The notes under the pieces: model-generated
What the model saw: the letters and a program-made list of their open reading frames with translations, nothing else
What the model was told of the DNA's origin: nothing
Databases searched by the model: none
Part shown: positions 29,440 to 38,831 of the stretch, in pieces
Numbering within the stretch: position 1 is the stretch's first letter
Layout: each line of letters starts with the position of its first letter
Program-made: the position numbers and the translations under genes
Source: Limnochordia bacterium
Lineage (GTDB): Bacteria > Bacillota > Limnochordia > DTU080
Assembly (NCBI GenBank): GCA_050951545.1
Contig: JBMNJG010000003.1
Location: 1-64,000, forward strand
Length of the DNA: 64,000 bases
Direction: 5' to 3'

Positions 29440-30945
29440 TCAGTCTGTGCTCCCCGCATACATGCGTTTCTCTAACGCCGCCCGAGCCTCCTCTCGATCA
29501 CTGAAGTGAATCTGATGATCAGCAAACTGCTGGTAGGTTTCATGCCCCTTACCCGCGATCAGCACTACATCACCTGGCTTAGCAATGTCCACCGCTCTTT
29601 CAATGGCCTGACGGCGATCAACGATCACCTCGTAGCGGCTGGCCCCCATCTGTGCAGCCTTGACCCCCTTCACCACGTCCTCGCAGATTTGTTCGGGAGA
29701 TTCGCTACGCGGGTTGTCTGAAGTGATCACCACATAGTCCGAGAGCTCCGCCAGAGCTTGGCCCATGAGGGGCCGTTTTCCCCGGTCTCGGTCACCACCC
29801 GCGCCACACACTGAGATCACACGCCCGGGGCCAAGACTACGCGCGGTCGTCAAGACGTTGCGCAGACTGTCTTCAGTATGCGCGTAGTCCACGATAACTG
29901 CGAAGTCCTGCCCGACATCAACCCGCTCGAAACGACCGGGAACCCCGGAAACTTGCTCGAGCGCCCTTGCCCCCATCTCTAAAGAGATACCTTCGTTTTG
30001 CGCGGCTGCGAGGGCACATAGCGCATTGTAAACGTTGAAGCGCCCAGTTAGCTGCAGACTTAACGGTAGGTCTCCCACGCGAAAGGAGACTCCATTGGCA
30101 CTGACCTCAACGTCATCAGCCTGCAGGTCTGCCTTGTTAACAAGGCCAATGGTCACCAGTGGCACTCGGGCAGCTTGCGCGAACTCCCTCCAATGCGGAT
30201 CGTCAACATTGACAATCGCTACCTTATCTCCCTTAGTGGCTTCTGTAGCCACCTGAGCAAACAATCGTGTCTTGGCCTGCAGATAATGCTCAAAGCTTGG
30301 ATGAAAGTCCATGTGGTCGCGAGTGATGTTCGTAAAGACCACGACATCAAACTCAGTGCCTTCTGTACGATGCATCTCTGTGGCGTGTGACGAAACCTCC
30401 ATCACGACAGCGTTCCACGATGCCTCGACCATAGCAGACAGAAGCGCCTGAATGTCAGAAGCCTCAGGCGTGGTGCGCGCAGAGGGCAGCATCTGTCTAC
30501 CAGCCACCTGCTCGATCGTGCCAATGAGACCCGATCTTTTCCCAGCAGACTCCAGCAGGTGTCTGATCAGATACGTCGTTGTGGTTTTACCCTTTGTGCC
30601 AGTAACACCGATCACCCGCAAACTTCTAGAGGGGTAACCCCATACCAGCGCTGCCGCCTTCCCTAGGACTCGGCGGGGATAGGAGACGGCTATCTGCGGC
30701 ACAGGGAGAGGCAATATTCTGCCTACCACAAGAGCCACTGCACCTTTTGCAACCGCTTCCGCAGCATAGTCATGACCATCATAGCGGGCGCCTGAGATGC
30801 ATACGAAGAGATCCCCCTGACGCACCTGCCTGGAATCATGCGTCACCCCATGCAAGCGTATGCTACTCTCACCAACGAGGTAACCCTGAATGTGGGTGGC
30901 TAGCTCGCCGCATGTGACTTTTCCCTGTCTCAGCAAAAACCACAC
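29440..30945 (-). CDS. murE: UDP-MurNAc-dipeptide meso-DAP ligase
   Basis: TGTKGKTT, MEVSSH, DYAHT, DNPR (meso-DAP-type motif), AGKGHE. Confidence 0.96.
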   Translation of the reverse strand: MWFLLRQGKVTCGELATHIQGYLVGESSIRLHGVTHDSRQVRQGDLFVCISGARYDGHDYAAEAVAKGAVALVVGRILPLPVPQIAVSYPRRVLGKAAALVWGYPSRSLRVIGVTGTKGKTTTTYLIRHLLESAGKRSGLIGTIEQVAGRQMLPSARTTPEASDIQALLSAMVEASWNAVVMEVSSHATEMHRTEGTEFDVVVFTNITRDHMDFHPSFEHYLQAKTRLFAQVATEATKGDKVAIVNVDDPHWREFAQAARVPLVTIGLVNKADLQADDVEVSANGVSFRVGDLPLSLQLTGRFNVYNALCALAAAQNEGISLEMGARALEQVSGVPGRFERVDVGQDFAVIVDYAHTEDSLRNVLTTARSLGPGRVISVCGAGGDRDRGKRPLMGQALAELSDYVVITSDNPRSESPEQICEDVVKGVKAAQMGASRYEVIVDRRQAIERAVDIAKPGDVVLIAGKGHETYQQFADHQIHFSDREEARAALEKRMYAGSTD

Positions 30946-30969
30946 CTCTCTCCGCCACCGTTAGTGTGT

Positions 30970-33111
30970 CTACCTAAACCTCACTGTTACCACATCGCCC
31001 TTGCGAGCATATGAGCCAGCTTCTGGCTCCTGTGCATAGGCTTGCTCTCCAACGCCTTCAATACGCAGACGTAGCCCCGCCTGTCCAAGCAGCACGCTCA
31101 CATCGCGTAGTGTGCGGCCCACGGCATTAGGAATACGTACCTCCTCGGCTCTGTCGCTCTCGGGATACAAGGACAAGTGCACACTTGAGCCGCGCTTCAC
31201 CTCAGCGCCCGGCCGCGGCATCTGAAGCTCTACATAGCCTTCATTCGGGCCGTCAGTCGCGGTCCGTAGCCCTACGGCGGTGAGCATACGCGTGGCATCA
31301 GCAAGAGCCAGGCTCTGCACATTCGGCACAAACGTCTTGTCAGGTGCGGCCGTCTGCAGCGATCCAGGATCTGCCCGGCGTTCAACACCCATGTACTCAA
31401 GTGCCTCTTCGACAACCGAAGCGAAAACAGGAGCCGCCCAGGTACCCCCATAGGCTGGTCGAACACCGATCTTCACCAGCATTACCACACCCGCGATCTG
31501 CGGATCGTCAACAGGAGCAAAACCAGCAAACGAGGCAATACGATCGTTGGAATAGCCGCCCCGCGGTGAAGGCATCTCAGCAGTCCCTGTTTTACCTGCG
31601 ACGCGAAAGCCAGGTACATCCGCCCTAGATCCCGATCCATTGACTACGACTGAGCGCATGACCGTAGCGAAATCCCGAGCTGTCTGTTCGGAGAGAACCC
31701 TGCGAACAAGCTGCGGCTCAAAGGTCTTGACCAGTTTTCCGGATTTATCACGGATCTCCTTAGCAAGGTGAGGACGCATCAGCCGCCCGCCATTGGCCAT
31801 GGCCGCCACTGCCATCGCCATCTGGATCGGGCTGACGGCGACGCCTTGGCCAAAACCAATGTTGGCCCACTGCAGCAATTCGCCGTGCTTGATCTCGCCT
31901 GGACGAGGCAGTAGCCCTTTGGCCTCGCCAGGGAAATCAACGCCCGAACGGGCCCCAAAGCCAAAAGCACTTGCATACCTGTAGAAGGCCTTCGGCCCCA
32001 GACGATCTGCTGCCAAGATGGCAAAGACGGGATTACAGGAATTCTCAGTAGCCTCCACAAGGGTCTGCGAGCCGTGGCCCTGGCTACGCCAGCAACTCAC
32101 CGCTCCGCCCCAACGCACCAGACGTATTGGATCCACGAAAACCTCATCTAGCCTTGTCACATTAGCCTCAAGAGCCGATGCACCAGTAATGACCTTGAAG
32201 ATGGAGCCGGGCTCATACTGGTCCGTAAAGGCTCTATTGCGCCATGTCTCTGCTGGCACCGACGCGTAGTCGTTGGGATCGAAGGTTGGGTAAACGGCAC
32301 AAGCCAGAATCTCGCCGGTCTGCGGACGCACGAAGACCGCGATTCCGAGTTCTGATTCGGTCTCGATGACCGCCTTCTGTAGTTGTCGTTCCGCGACATA
32401 CTGAACGACCTGGTCTAAGGTCAGTACCAGGTCATAACCGTCTTGAGGTGCTAGACGCCGTTCGGTCCCTCCAGGAATGGCACGTCCCCGCGCGTCGCGC
32501 TCTCGGATGATCATTCCGGGATTACCACGCAAGTAACGATCGTAGTAGGCCTCTAAGCCTTCTAATCCCTGGTTGTCCATCCCTGCAAACCCCAATACCT
32601 GCGCAGCCAGGTTGCCGTGCGGGTAGAAGCGTTGAGGTCGGTCGGTGACGCCCACCCCAGGTATGCCTAGTTCAATCACCTGCCGGGCCGTTTCCGGATC
32701 AACTTTCAGCTTCAGCCAGACCATCGCCTGTTTGCGCGTGAGACGCTCGCGCAACCATTCGGGCTCCAGGCCCAAAAGCGGCGTGAGCTGTGCCACCACT
32801 TGCTCCACGTCCTGAATCTCCACGGGTGTGGCATAGATAGCATCAGTACTCATACTGACAGCCAACTTATTCTGATTCCGGTCAAGAATGTCGCCGCGGC
32901 TAGCTAGCAGCGGAATAGGCCGCATTCTTTGGTCGAGAGCCATGGCCAGAAAATACTGGTTACGGATGACTTCGAGATAAAGCAAGCGTACCCCGAGTAC
33001 GGCAAAGACCGACACAAACAGCATGAACAACCATGCGATACGCCGCCGTACGCTCACCATGGAAAACTTGGCCAACCGTCTGTTCCCCCCGGTGCGCCGC
33101 GGCTGCGTCAC
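30970..33111 (-). CDS. spoVD: Class B penicillin-binding protein SpoVD/FtsI with two PASTA domains
   Basis: RGDILDRN, GLEGLE, EPGSIFK (SxxK), SCN, KTG; PASTA-like VPNVQS and IPNAVG repeats. Confidence 0.9.
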   Translation of the reverse strand: MTQPRRTGGNRRLAKFSMVSVRRRIAWLFMLFVSVFAVLGVRLLYLEVIRNQYFLAMALDQRMRPIPLLASRGDILDRNQNKLAVSMSTDAIYATPVEIQDVEQVVAQLTPLLGLEPEWLRERLTRKQAMVWLKLKVDPETARQVIELGIPGVGVTDRPQRFYPHGNLAAQVLGFAGMDNQGLEGLEAYYDRYLRGNPGMIIRERDARGRAIPGGTERRLAPQDGYDLVLTLDQVVQYVAERQLQKAVIETESELGIAVFVRPQTGEILACAVYPTFDPNDYASVPAETWRNRAFTDQYEPGSIFKVITGASALEANVTRLDEVFVDPIRLVRWGGAVSCWRSQGHGSQTLVEATENSCNPVFAILAADRLGPKAFYRYASAFGFGARSGVDFPGEAKGLLPRPGEIKHGELLQWANIGFGQGVAVSPIQMAMAVAAMANGGRLMRPHLAKEIRDKSGKLVKTFEPQLVRRVLSEQTARDFATVMRSVVVNGSGSRADVPGFRVAGKTGTAEMPSPRGGYSNDRIASFAGFAPVDDPQIAGVVMLVKIGVRPAYGGTWAAPVFASVVEEALEYMGVERRADPGSLQTAAPDKTFVPNVQSLALADATRMLTAVGLRTATDGPNEGYVELQMPRPGAEVKRGSSVHLSLYPESDRAEEVRIPNAVGRTLRDVSVLLGQAGLRLRIEGVGEQAYAQEPEAGSYARKGDVVTVRFR

Positions 33112-33638
33112 TGCAGATGGCTGGCCTCTGCTTGGCCCCAGCGCGGCCAGTTGTCAGTAAGCCACTTGGTTACCGCTGCAAGAGCCCCCAGCTCTTTGGG
33201 CTCTGTCAACTCCACCTGACTCGGGGTGTCACCCTGAGCGGGGACTAGGACCAGGTATTCGACGCGTTGCGGCTCCTGCATCCCCAGGCGCTCCCTTGCC
33301 CAGCGATCGATCTGTTGAGGTGAGCGTGCCCTCATCAGTTCTAGCTGAAGGTGGCTCTGCCTTTTCTGCTCTCGAGCCAGCTCTTCGTGTAACGCAGCCA
33401 ACTCGTCAGATCGCGTCATGAGTTGAGTCTTTTGTGCAACCAGTCCGAGGGCCAATGCCAGACAGCAGAAAGCGCAGAGTACAGTGGCCCCAAGTGGAAT
33501 CGGTTTCCTGGGTGCAGATTGCCCTACTGACTCAGCTGGCTCTGTGCCTTCCCAGTTAGGTGCTGCGGATTGCCAGAATTCGTCTTGGGCTTCTGAAGGT
33601 ACTCTTAGAGTGGCGGTCCCATGGCTTACCGCTGACAT
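33108..33638 (-). CDS. ftsL: Cell division protein FtsL-like
   Basis: TM helix, coiled coil, IDRWARERLGM; between rsmH and the PBP gene. Confidence 0.75.
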   Translation of the reverse strand: MSAVSHGTATLRVPSEAQDEFWQSAAPNWEGTEPAESVGQSAPRKPIPLGATVLCAFCCLALALGLVAQKTQLMTRSDELAALHEELAREQKRQSHLQLELMRARSPQQIDRWARERLGMQEPQRVEYLVLVPAQGDTPSQVELTEPKELGALAAVTKWLTDNWPRWGQAEASHLQ

Positions 33639-33640
33639 GG

Positions 33641-34591
33641 CTATGCATTCTCCTTTGCCGACAGAACACGCTCTGCCGCTCGTAGAGTAGCACTGCGAGC
33701 GCGAGGGTTTCTCTTGAGCTCAGCTGAACTGGGTCTAACACCTTTTGTAGTAAGGACATGCATAGTTGGTTTTCGTCCACAGACACACCCCAGACGTGGG
33801 GGACAGATGCACGGATTGGCGCTGGAGCGGAAGAAATTCTTGACCATGGCATCTTCAAGACTGTGGAAGCTGATGACAACCAATCTGCCTCCAGCACGAA
33901 GCACTTGGAGCGCCCCTCGAAGTCCCCGCTCTAGATTGCCCAACTCATCGTTTACCGCTATCCGTAACGCCTGAAAGGTACGCCTTGCAGGATGTGGACC
34001 ACTTCGCCTGGCCCCCGCCGGAATGGCTTCTTTAACAAGCTGTGCCAACTGAACTGTGCTCACAATCGCGGTCTGTTGTCGTGCGCGGACGATGAATGAT
34101 GCTATACGAGCTGCCCATCGCTCCTCGCCAAACTCGCGCAATACCCGGGTCAACTCGTCTTCTGTCGCCGTGTTCACTATATCTGCGGCTGTCTGTTCTT
34201 GTTGTGGGTCCATCCGCATGTCCAAGGGAGCTTCGTGCTGGTAGCTAAAACCGCGCTGCGCCTCGTCTAGTTGAGGGCTCGATACACCGATATCAAGCAA
34301 AACGCCGTCGACACCTGACGAAACCCAGGCTTGTACCAGATCAGGAAGGTCCCCGAAATTGCCGTGCAGCAGACGCACCCTATCTCCATACGCTTGAAGC
34401 CGCTGCCCGGCAGCAAGCAATGCCTGCGGATCGCGGTCAATGCCGACCACCCGTGTCTCCGGATGGGCCTGAAGAATGGCTTGGGCATGTCCGCCTCCAC
34501 CCAAAGTACCGTCGATGAAGGTACCGCCCTTGGTCGCCTGTAAATATTCCACGGCTTCATCGCGTAAGACCGTCTCATGCCGGTACAGCAT
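33641..34591 (-). CDS. rsmH: 16S rRNA m4C1402 methyltransferase
   Basis: DGTLGGGGHA, DIGVSSPQLD, PLDMRM, FQALRIAVN, SFHSLED, NPRARSA. Confidence 0.97.
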   Translation of the reverse strand: MLYRHETVLRDEAVEYLQATKGGTFIDGTLGGGGHAQAILQAHPETRVVGIDRDPQALLAAGQRLQAYGDRVRLLHGNFGDLPDLVQAWVSSGVDGVLLDIGVSSPQLDEAQRGFSYQHEAPLDMRMDPQQEQTAADIVNTATEDELTRVLREFGEERWAARIASFIVRARQQTAIVSTVQLAQLVKEAIPAGARRSGPHPARRTFQALRIAVNDELGNLERGLRGALQVLRAGGRLVVISFHSLEDAMVKNFFRSSANPCICPPRLGCVCGRKPTMHVLTTKGVRPSSAELKRNPRARSATLRAAERVLSAKENA

Positions 34592-34605
34592 CCCAGTATC
34601 CCGCC

Positions 34606-35037
34606 CTAAATTCCGAGATCAACAATCTTCTCCGCAATGGCCTCGTATGACTCGGTAGCTGCACTGGCGTAGTTCCCCCACTCTTCAGCCGCCCATATCT
34701 CTACCCGATTGGCTACCCCGATGGATACTACATCACGTTCGATACCAGCGTATTGACGCAGTGTAGGAGGCAGGAGAATGCGCCCTTGCTTGTCTAGTGC
34801 ACACTCACTAGCTCCAGCAAATAGCAGGCGGGCAAAAGCCCGGGAGTCAGCCTTGGTAAGAGGAAGAGCACGTAGCTTGTCTGCCAACGCTTCCCATTCC
34901 TGGGATGCATAGACAAACAGGCACCGGTCCAGCCCGCGGGTCACCACAAAGCTGGCTCCAAGTTCCTCTCGGAAACGAGCAGGGATAATCATGCGTCCCT
35001 TGTCGTCCAGAGTGTGTGCATACTCCCCCAGGAACAC
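34606..35037 (-). CDS. mraZ: Transcriptional regulator MraZ (143 aa)
   Basis: GTG 35037 gives MFLGEYAHTLDDKGR...DKQGRI...RVEIW. Confidence 0.96.
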   Translation of the reverse strand: MFLGEYAHTLDDKGRMIIPARFREELGASFVVTRGLDRCLFVYASQEWEALADKLRALPLTKADSRAFARLLFAGASECALDKQGRILLPPTLRQYAGIERDVVSIGVANRVEIWAAEEWGNYASAATESYEAIAEKIVDLGI

Positions 35038-35041
35038 TTCG

Positions 35042-35067
35042 CTCCACTTCCCTCCACTTCCACCCAC
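35042..35067 (-). promoter_or_regulatory. MraZ-binding direct repeats
   Basis: GTGGGT-N4-GTGGAG-N4-GTGGAG with a 10-bp period directly before mraZ. Confidence 0.8.
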
Positions 35068-35180
35068 TGGATGGTCATTTCTAGGGACATGGCGAGTACT
35101 CCTCCTCACGCATCGCCTTTTCTCAGCGCTTTTGTACGATGTTTACAGCTACTGGTCGGGGGTTTGTGAGCAACTACAAC

Positions 35181-35221
35181 AAAAAAACCGAGGGCCAGCG
35201 TGTACACTACACCAGCCCTCG
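35181..35221 (-). terminator. Intrinsic terminator after the Nif3 gene
   Basis: CGAGGGCTGG...CTGGCCCTCG stem followed by T7. Confidence 0.8.
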
Positions 35222-35243
35222 AGTAGAAAACGCCTACCGATTC

Positions 35244-36053
35244 CTATGGCATGCACGACACAGGATCTGCCTCATGAGCCACATGGAACTTGCAGGCTTG
35301 ACCCTCTGTTCGTGCCCGCTCCTCCAGATACTTTGCCAGCTGCGGCGCTACCATCCTCTCAGTTGCGAAGTGCCCGGGATCAAGCACACACAACCCAAGG
35401 GCCTCAGCATACACAGCGTCATGATGCTTCATGTCACCCGTGACATATACGTCGACACCCGCCGCCTTAGCCTGAGCTAGATAAGAAGCCCCTGAACCGT
35501 TTACAACCGCCATACGCTCCACACACGGTGGCGGCGCTCCACTGACACGCACTCGACCCACACCCAGCTTCTGACAAAGAGCGCCAGTTAACCGCTCAAA
35601 ATCAACAGGGTCACGTAGCTTTCCGACCCGACCGTACCCCGCCCCCGGCACCTGCCTGTCCAGAGGGACTAGCGGTTGCCCGCTATCGAGCCCACACGCC
35701 TGCGCAGCCCAGTCTCCCAGGCCGCCTGGCGTCGCGTCAAGGTTCGTGTGCGCCACGTAAACAGAGAGCCGCTCCCTCACGATGCGCATGATCAAGCTCT
35801 CGTGGGCATCGTCCGCCCGCAGCGTCCGCAAAGGCGTGAAGATCAGGGGATGATGCGCCACAACCAGCTGCACGTCCGCCTGCAGAGCCTGGTCAACTAC
35901 CGCCTGATTGACCCCCAGGCAGACAAGCACCTGACTCACGGGGGCGGCTTGCTCGCCGATTTGCAGACCTACGTTGTCCCACTGCTCCGCGAGATGTAAA
36001 GGCGCCAACTCCTCCATCCAGCGCTGAACATCACCGACTCGCACGGATCTCAC
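35244..36053 (-). CDS. Nif3-like dinuclear metal protein (short form, no PII-like insert)
   Basis: WDNVGL, AHHPLIF, AHTNLD, TGDMKHH, GHFATE. Confidence 0.9.
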   Translation of the reverse strand: MRSVRVGDVQRWMEELAPLHLAEQWDNVGLQIGEQAAPVSQVLVCLGVNQAVVDQALQADVQLVVAHHPLIFTPLRTLRADDAHESLIMRIVRERLSVYVAHTNLDATPGGLGDWAAQACGLDSGQPLVPLDRQVPGAGYGRVGKLRDPVDFERLTGALCQKLGVGRVRVSGAPPPCVERMAVVNGSGASYLAQAKAAGVDVYVTGDMKHHDAVYAEALGLCVLDPGHFATERMVAPQLAKYLEERARTEGQACKFHVAHEADPVSCMP

Positions 36054-36757
36054 CAGAAGAGGAACTCCACCTGGACGTTGGCTCTCAGGGTGATCTCGCC
36101 AGGAGCAATCTCCGTCTGTGCACCCATGTCGAACGCCGCCTTCGATGCTGTGCGCAGCTCGTTACGGGCTGGAGCGGAATAGCCCGTCTGATCCTGGATG
36201 CGGTTGACGCGCAAAGTGGTTACTCCGGCACCCTCGGCCAGAGCCTCCGCCTTCTCCCGCGCATCACGAACAGCTGCCGTAAGCGCTTGCCGGAGCAGCT
36301 CAGGTGCCCGACTCGTGCCAAACTGAATCTCCCGCACGTTAGACGCGCCGGCGTTGACAACTGCATCAAGCACTGCACCTAGCCTGGCGATGTCGTCAAT
36401 CTTGATATACAGGTCATGAGTGGCCCTGTATCCCCGCAACACCTGCTGGCCTTCACGGTAGTCATATTCGGCTCCCACGCGAAAGTCACGGGTCTGAATC
36501 GACTTGTCAGGTACACCTAACCGCTGAATGGCGCGCCGCATCTCTTCCATACGCATCGCTACCTCCGACTGCGCAGAGGCTGCCGTCTGGCTCAAGACTG
36601 AGACTCCTATCACTACAGTCGCTTCATCAGGAACAGCCGTTATTTCCGCGCTGCCAGTGGTCACGAGCACACCCGCGGCTTGGTTGGCTGATGCCACACC
36701 TGTGAGAGCCAAGGCAATCACCAGAGCAACCGCGTATGTTGTTTTTCTTCTTAGCAA
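36050..36757 (-). CDS. SIMPL/DUF541 domain exported protein
   Basis: Signal peptide; VTTGSAEITAVPDEA, AVRDAREKAEALA, PGEITLRANVQVEF. Confidence 0.85.
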   Translation of the reverse strand: MLRRKTTYAVALVIALALTGVASANQAAGVLVTTGSAEITAVPDEATVVIGVSVLSQTAASAQSEVAMRMEEMRRAIQRLGVPDKSIQTRDFRVGAEYDYREGQQVLRGYRATHDLYIKIDDIARLGAVLDAVVNAGASNVREIQFGTSRAPELLRQALTAAVRDAREKAEALAEGAGVTTLRVNRIQDQTGYSAPARNELRTASKAAFDMGAQTEIAPGEITLRANVQVEFLFW

Positions 36758-36806
36758 ATCAACCCCACCTTTCCCAATCTTGAGCTATGCCATACCTCAC
36801 AACCAT

Positions 36807-37295
36807 CTACAGACGCACGCATCCAAGCCAGTACACTGCCCGGGCCACGGCGATGCCCATGACCATCCCAGCCAAGACTTCTCGACCCGTATGACCCAGA
36901 GACTTGGGGACCCAAAACTCCTCAAGCAGATCCGGGGCAGCCCGCTCAAGAAGAATGCGCAAAGTCTTGGTCTGCTCCTGCATGGCACGGCGGATAATCG
37001 CTGCATCATAAATCACAATTACTGCCATGATACCCGCGACACCTGTCTCCGAAGACTGCCAGCCGTTGTGCCACAAAACCGACATGAACAGAGCCCAGGC
37101 GAGAGCTGAATGAGAGCTGGGCATCCCGCCTGCTTTCACCAGAGCCGCTCTCGGAGCCTCGTTACGGGTCACAGCAGCGATGAGCGCTTTGATGACCTGG
37201 GCTACCACTGCTGCCAGAATGGCACTGACAAAAGGCACGTTCGTTTTGCTGAGCAAGAACTGAACCATATGCGCAGATCGCATGTCAACGCTCAC
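36807..37295 (-). CDS. Divergent PAP2 (DUF212) membrane protein
   Basis: AQVIK, GGMPSSHSA, YDA..RR, LGHT..EV.AG. Confidence 0.85.
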   Translation of the reverse strand: MSVDMRSAHMVQFLLSKTNVPFVSAILAAVVAQVIKALIAAVTRNEAPRAALVKAGGMPSSHSALAWALFMSVLWHNGWQSSETGVAGIMAVIVIYDAAIIRRAMQEQTKTLRILLERAAPDLLEEFWVPKSLGHTGREVLAGMVMGIAVARAVYWLGCVRL

Positions 37296-37350
37296 CCTCT
37301 TTTGTACAGTCCATGCTCACCTGTAGCGTCAGTTTAGGCTAGGTGTCAAG

Positions 37351-37376
37351 AAGGAGGCTCCTATTGGAACCTCCTT
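37351..37376 (-). terminator. Hairpin after tRNA-Glu
   Basis: AAGGAGGTTCC-AATA-GGAGCCTCCTT on the minus strand. Confidence 0.6.
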
Positions 37377-37383
37377 CCCCATA

Positions 37384-37459
37384 TGGTACCACCAGCGGGA
37401 TTCGAACCCGCGCCACCGCCTTGAAAGGGCGGCGTCCTAGGCCCCTAGACGATGGTGGC
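37384..37459 (-). tRNA. tRNA-Glu(TTC)
   Basis: Cloverleaf GCCACCATCGTCTAG...CCGCCCTTTCAAGGCGG...GGTTCGAATCC...ACCA. Confidence 0.95.
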
Positions 37460-37465
37460 CAACAC

Positions 37466-37542
37466 TGGTGGGCCTGGCAGGACTTGAACCTGCGACCATC
37501 CGATTATGAGTCGGACGCTCTAACCAACTGAGCTACAGGCCC
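37466..37542 (-). tRNA. tRNA with CAT anticodon, probably tRNA-Ile2 (lysidine type)
   Basis: GGGCCTGTAGCTCAGTTGGTTAGAGCGTCCGACTCATAATCGGA...ACCA; paired G1:C72 and no GGG/CCC anticodon stem, so not the initiator; Ile2 versus elongator Met is inferred. Confidence 0.85.
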
Positions 37543-37562
37543 GCCTGTCAGTCACGCGGCCT

Positions 37563-37591
37563 ATTATACCACGGTCGCTTGGCCTTGGCAA
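37563..37591 (-). promoter_or_regulatory. sigma-A promoter of the tRNA pair
   Basis: TTGCCA-N17-TATAAT with extended -10 TG. Confidence 0.8.
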
Positions 37592-37686
37592 CTTTGCTTA
37601 ACACCAAGACAACCCTTTTCGAACAAGCCTTTTTTTGTGCATATATCATCGGCCACGCACTACCCTAGTATAGAGGTGAGCCACAT

Positions 37687-38622
37687 ATGCGCGGCTATTC
37701 CCCAAGAGCGTGCTGGTCTGTTCTGGCGCTTGCTCTGATAGGATGTGCCTTGCGTTTGCCCGCAACGCAGCCCCATCCTGCCATGCTCTTCCACGGCACT
37801 GCCGTCACCGAGCTTGTTGCACAACCGTCCCACAGTGAGTCAGGTCGTGCTGTCCCGGCCTCAGAGCTGCCATGGAAACAAGATCCTGAGTTCCATGCCG
37901 CCATGAGGCGCAGCCAGACCCCGCTGCTCATGGCTGCATTCCGAACCGAACTTGGCGAGTCAGTAGCGCACGAGACACACAACATCGCACTGGCTGCAGA
38001 ACGGCTTACTGGTCTGATTATCCCCGGCGGAAGTGTCTTTTCGCTTAACCAGACTGTCGGTCCCTACAGTGAAGCCAAAGGTTTTCGCCTCGGGCAGAAC
38101 TACGTGGGCGGCCGGGTCATCCTCGACGTTGGTGGCGGGGTATGCAGAATCGCTACCATGCTCTACAATCTCACCATTCTCAGCAATCTACCGGTTGTAC
38201 AACGCAAACCACACACCATGGTAGTGCCCTACGTACCACCCGGACAGGACGCGACAGTCTCGTTGACCGCTGGCGTCGATTACAGATTCCACAACAACAC
38301 TCCCGGTCCGATCTTGATCTGGGCTAGGATCGTAGGCGACACGCTGTACATGGCTTTCTATGGACAGCAGGAGACTCCCACGGTGAAGTGGCGGCACCAG
38401 ATCCTATCTCACAATCCAGCGTCTACCGTCCGCAGACACAATCCTGAACTCGGGCCCGGCGAGGAACGTCAGCTGAGCCCGGGGTATGATGGCTATCGCG
38501 TACGCTCCTGGGCTGAAATAACCTTCGCAAACGGGCAGACCAAGACTCGACATCTGGGAGTAAGCCATTACGTGGTCTCCCCAAAGATCATCGAGCATGG
38601 AGACCCGAAGCCTGCGCTCTAG
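37687..38622 (+). CDS. VanW domain protein with C-terminal G5-like region
   Basis: Signal peptide; NIALAA, FSLNQTVGP, GGGVCRIATMLYN, YVPPGQDATV; SD GAGGTGA. Confidence 0.85.
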   Translation: MRGYSPRACWSVLALALIGCALRLPATQPHPAMLFHGTAVTELVAQPSHSESGRAVPASELPWKQDPEFHAAMRRSQTPLLMAAFRTELGESVAHETHNIALAAERLTGLIIPGGSVFSLNQTVGPYSEAKGFRLGQNYVGGRVILDVGGGVCRIATMLYNLTILSNLPVVQRKPHTMVVPYVPPGQDATVSLTAGVDYRFHNNTPGPILIWARIVGDTLYMAFYGQQETPTVKWRHQILSHNPASTVRRHNPELGPGEERQLSPGYDGYRVRSWAEITFANGQTKTRHLGVSHYVVSPKIIEHGDPKPAL

Positions 38623-38645
38623 GAACCGACTTGGCCCGTACATGC

Positions 38646-38680
38646 AAAAAAGCCTGATTACGATGTCGTCATCAGGCTTT
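38646..38680. terminator. Terminator between vanW and tRNA-Asn
   Basis: AAAGCCTGAT...ATCAGGCTTT inverted repeat with an A6 tract (U tract on minus strand). Confidence 0.8.
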
Positions 38681-38754
38681 GGCTCCCCGGGCTGGACTCG
38701 AACCAGCAACCACCCGGTTAACAGCCGGGTGCTCTACCATTGAGCTACCGAGGA
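38680..38754 (-). tRNA. tRNA-Asn(GTT)
   Basis: TCCTCGGTAGCTCAATGGTAGAGCACCCGGCTGTTAACCGGG...GGAGCCA. Confidence 0.95.
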
Positions 38755-38781
38755 CTATCTCCGGTCAAGCTCACCATACTA

Positions 38782-38810
38782 ATTATAGCCTGACCGGATT
38801 GTGTAGTCAA
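38782..38810 (-). promoter_or_regulatory. sigma-A promoter of tRNA-Asn
   Basis: TTGACT-N17-TATAAT. Confidence 0.85.
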
Positions 38811-38831
38811 CATCTTTTGCGCCGCGCTTGC

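Noticed and set aside
35035-35070. 10-bp periodic repeat as a novel or CRISPR-like repeat
   Set aside because: Explained by known MraZ-binding repeats
37343-37531. 62-aa ORF over the tRNA pair (and 38404-38709 over tRNA-Asn/vanW)
   Set aside because: Overlaps tRNA genes; spurious
37687-38622. vanW as evidence of vancomycin resistance
   Set aside because: No vanA/B, vanH, vanX or vanRS nearby; VanW domains are widespread in Bacillota
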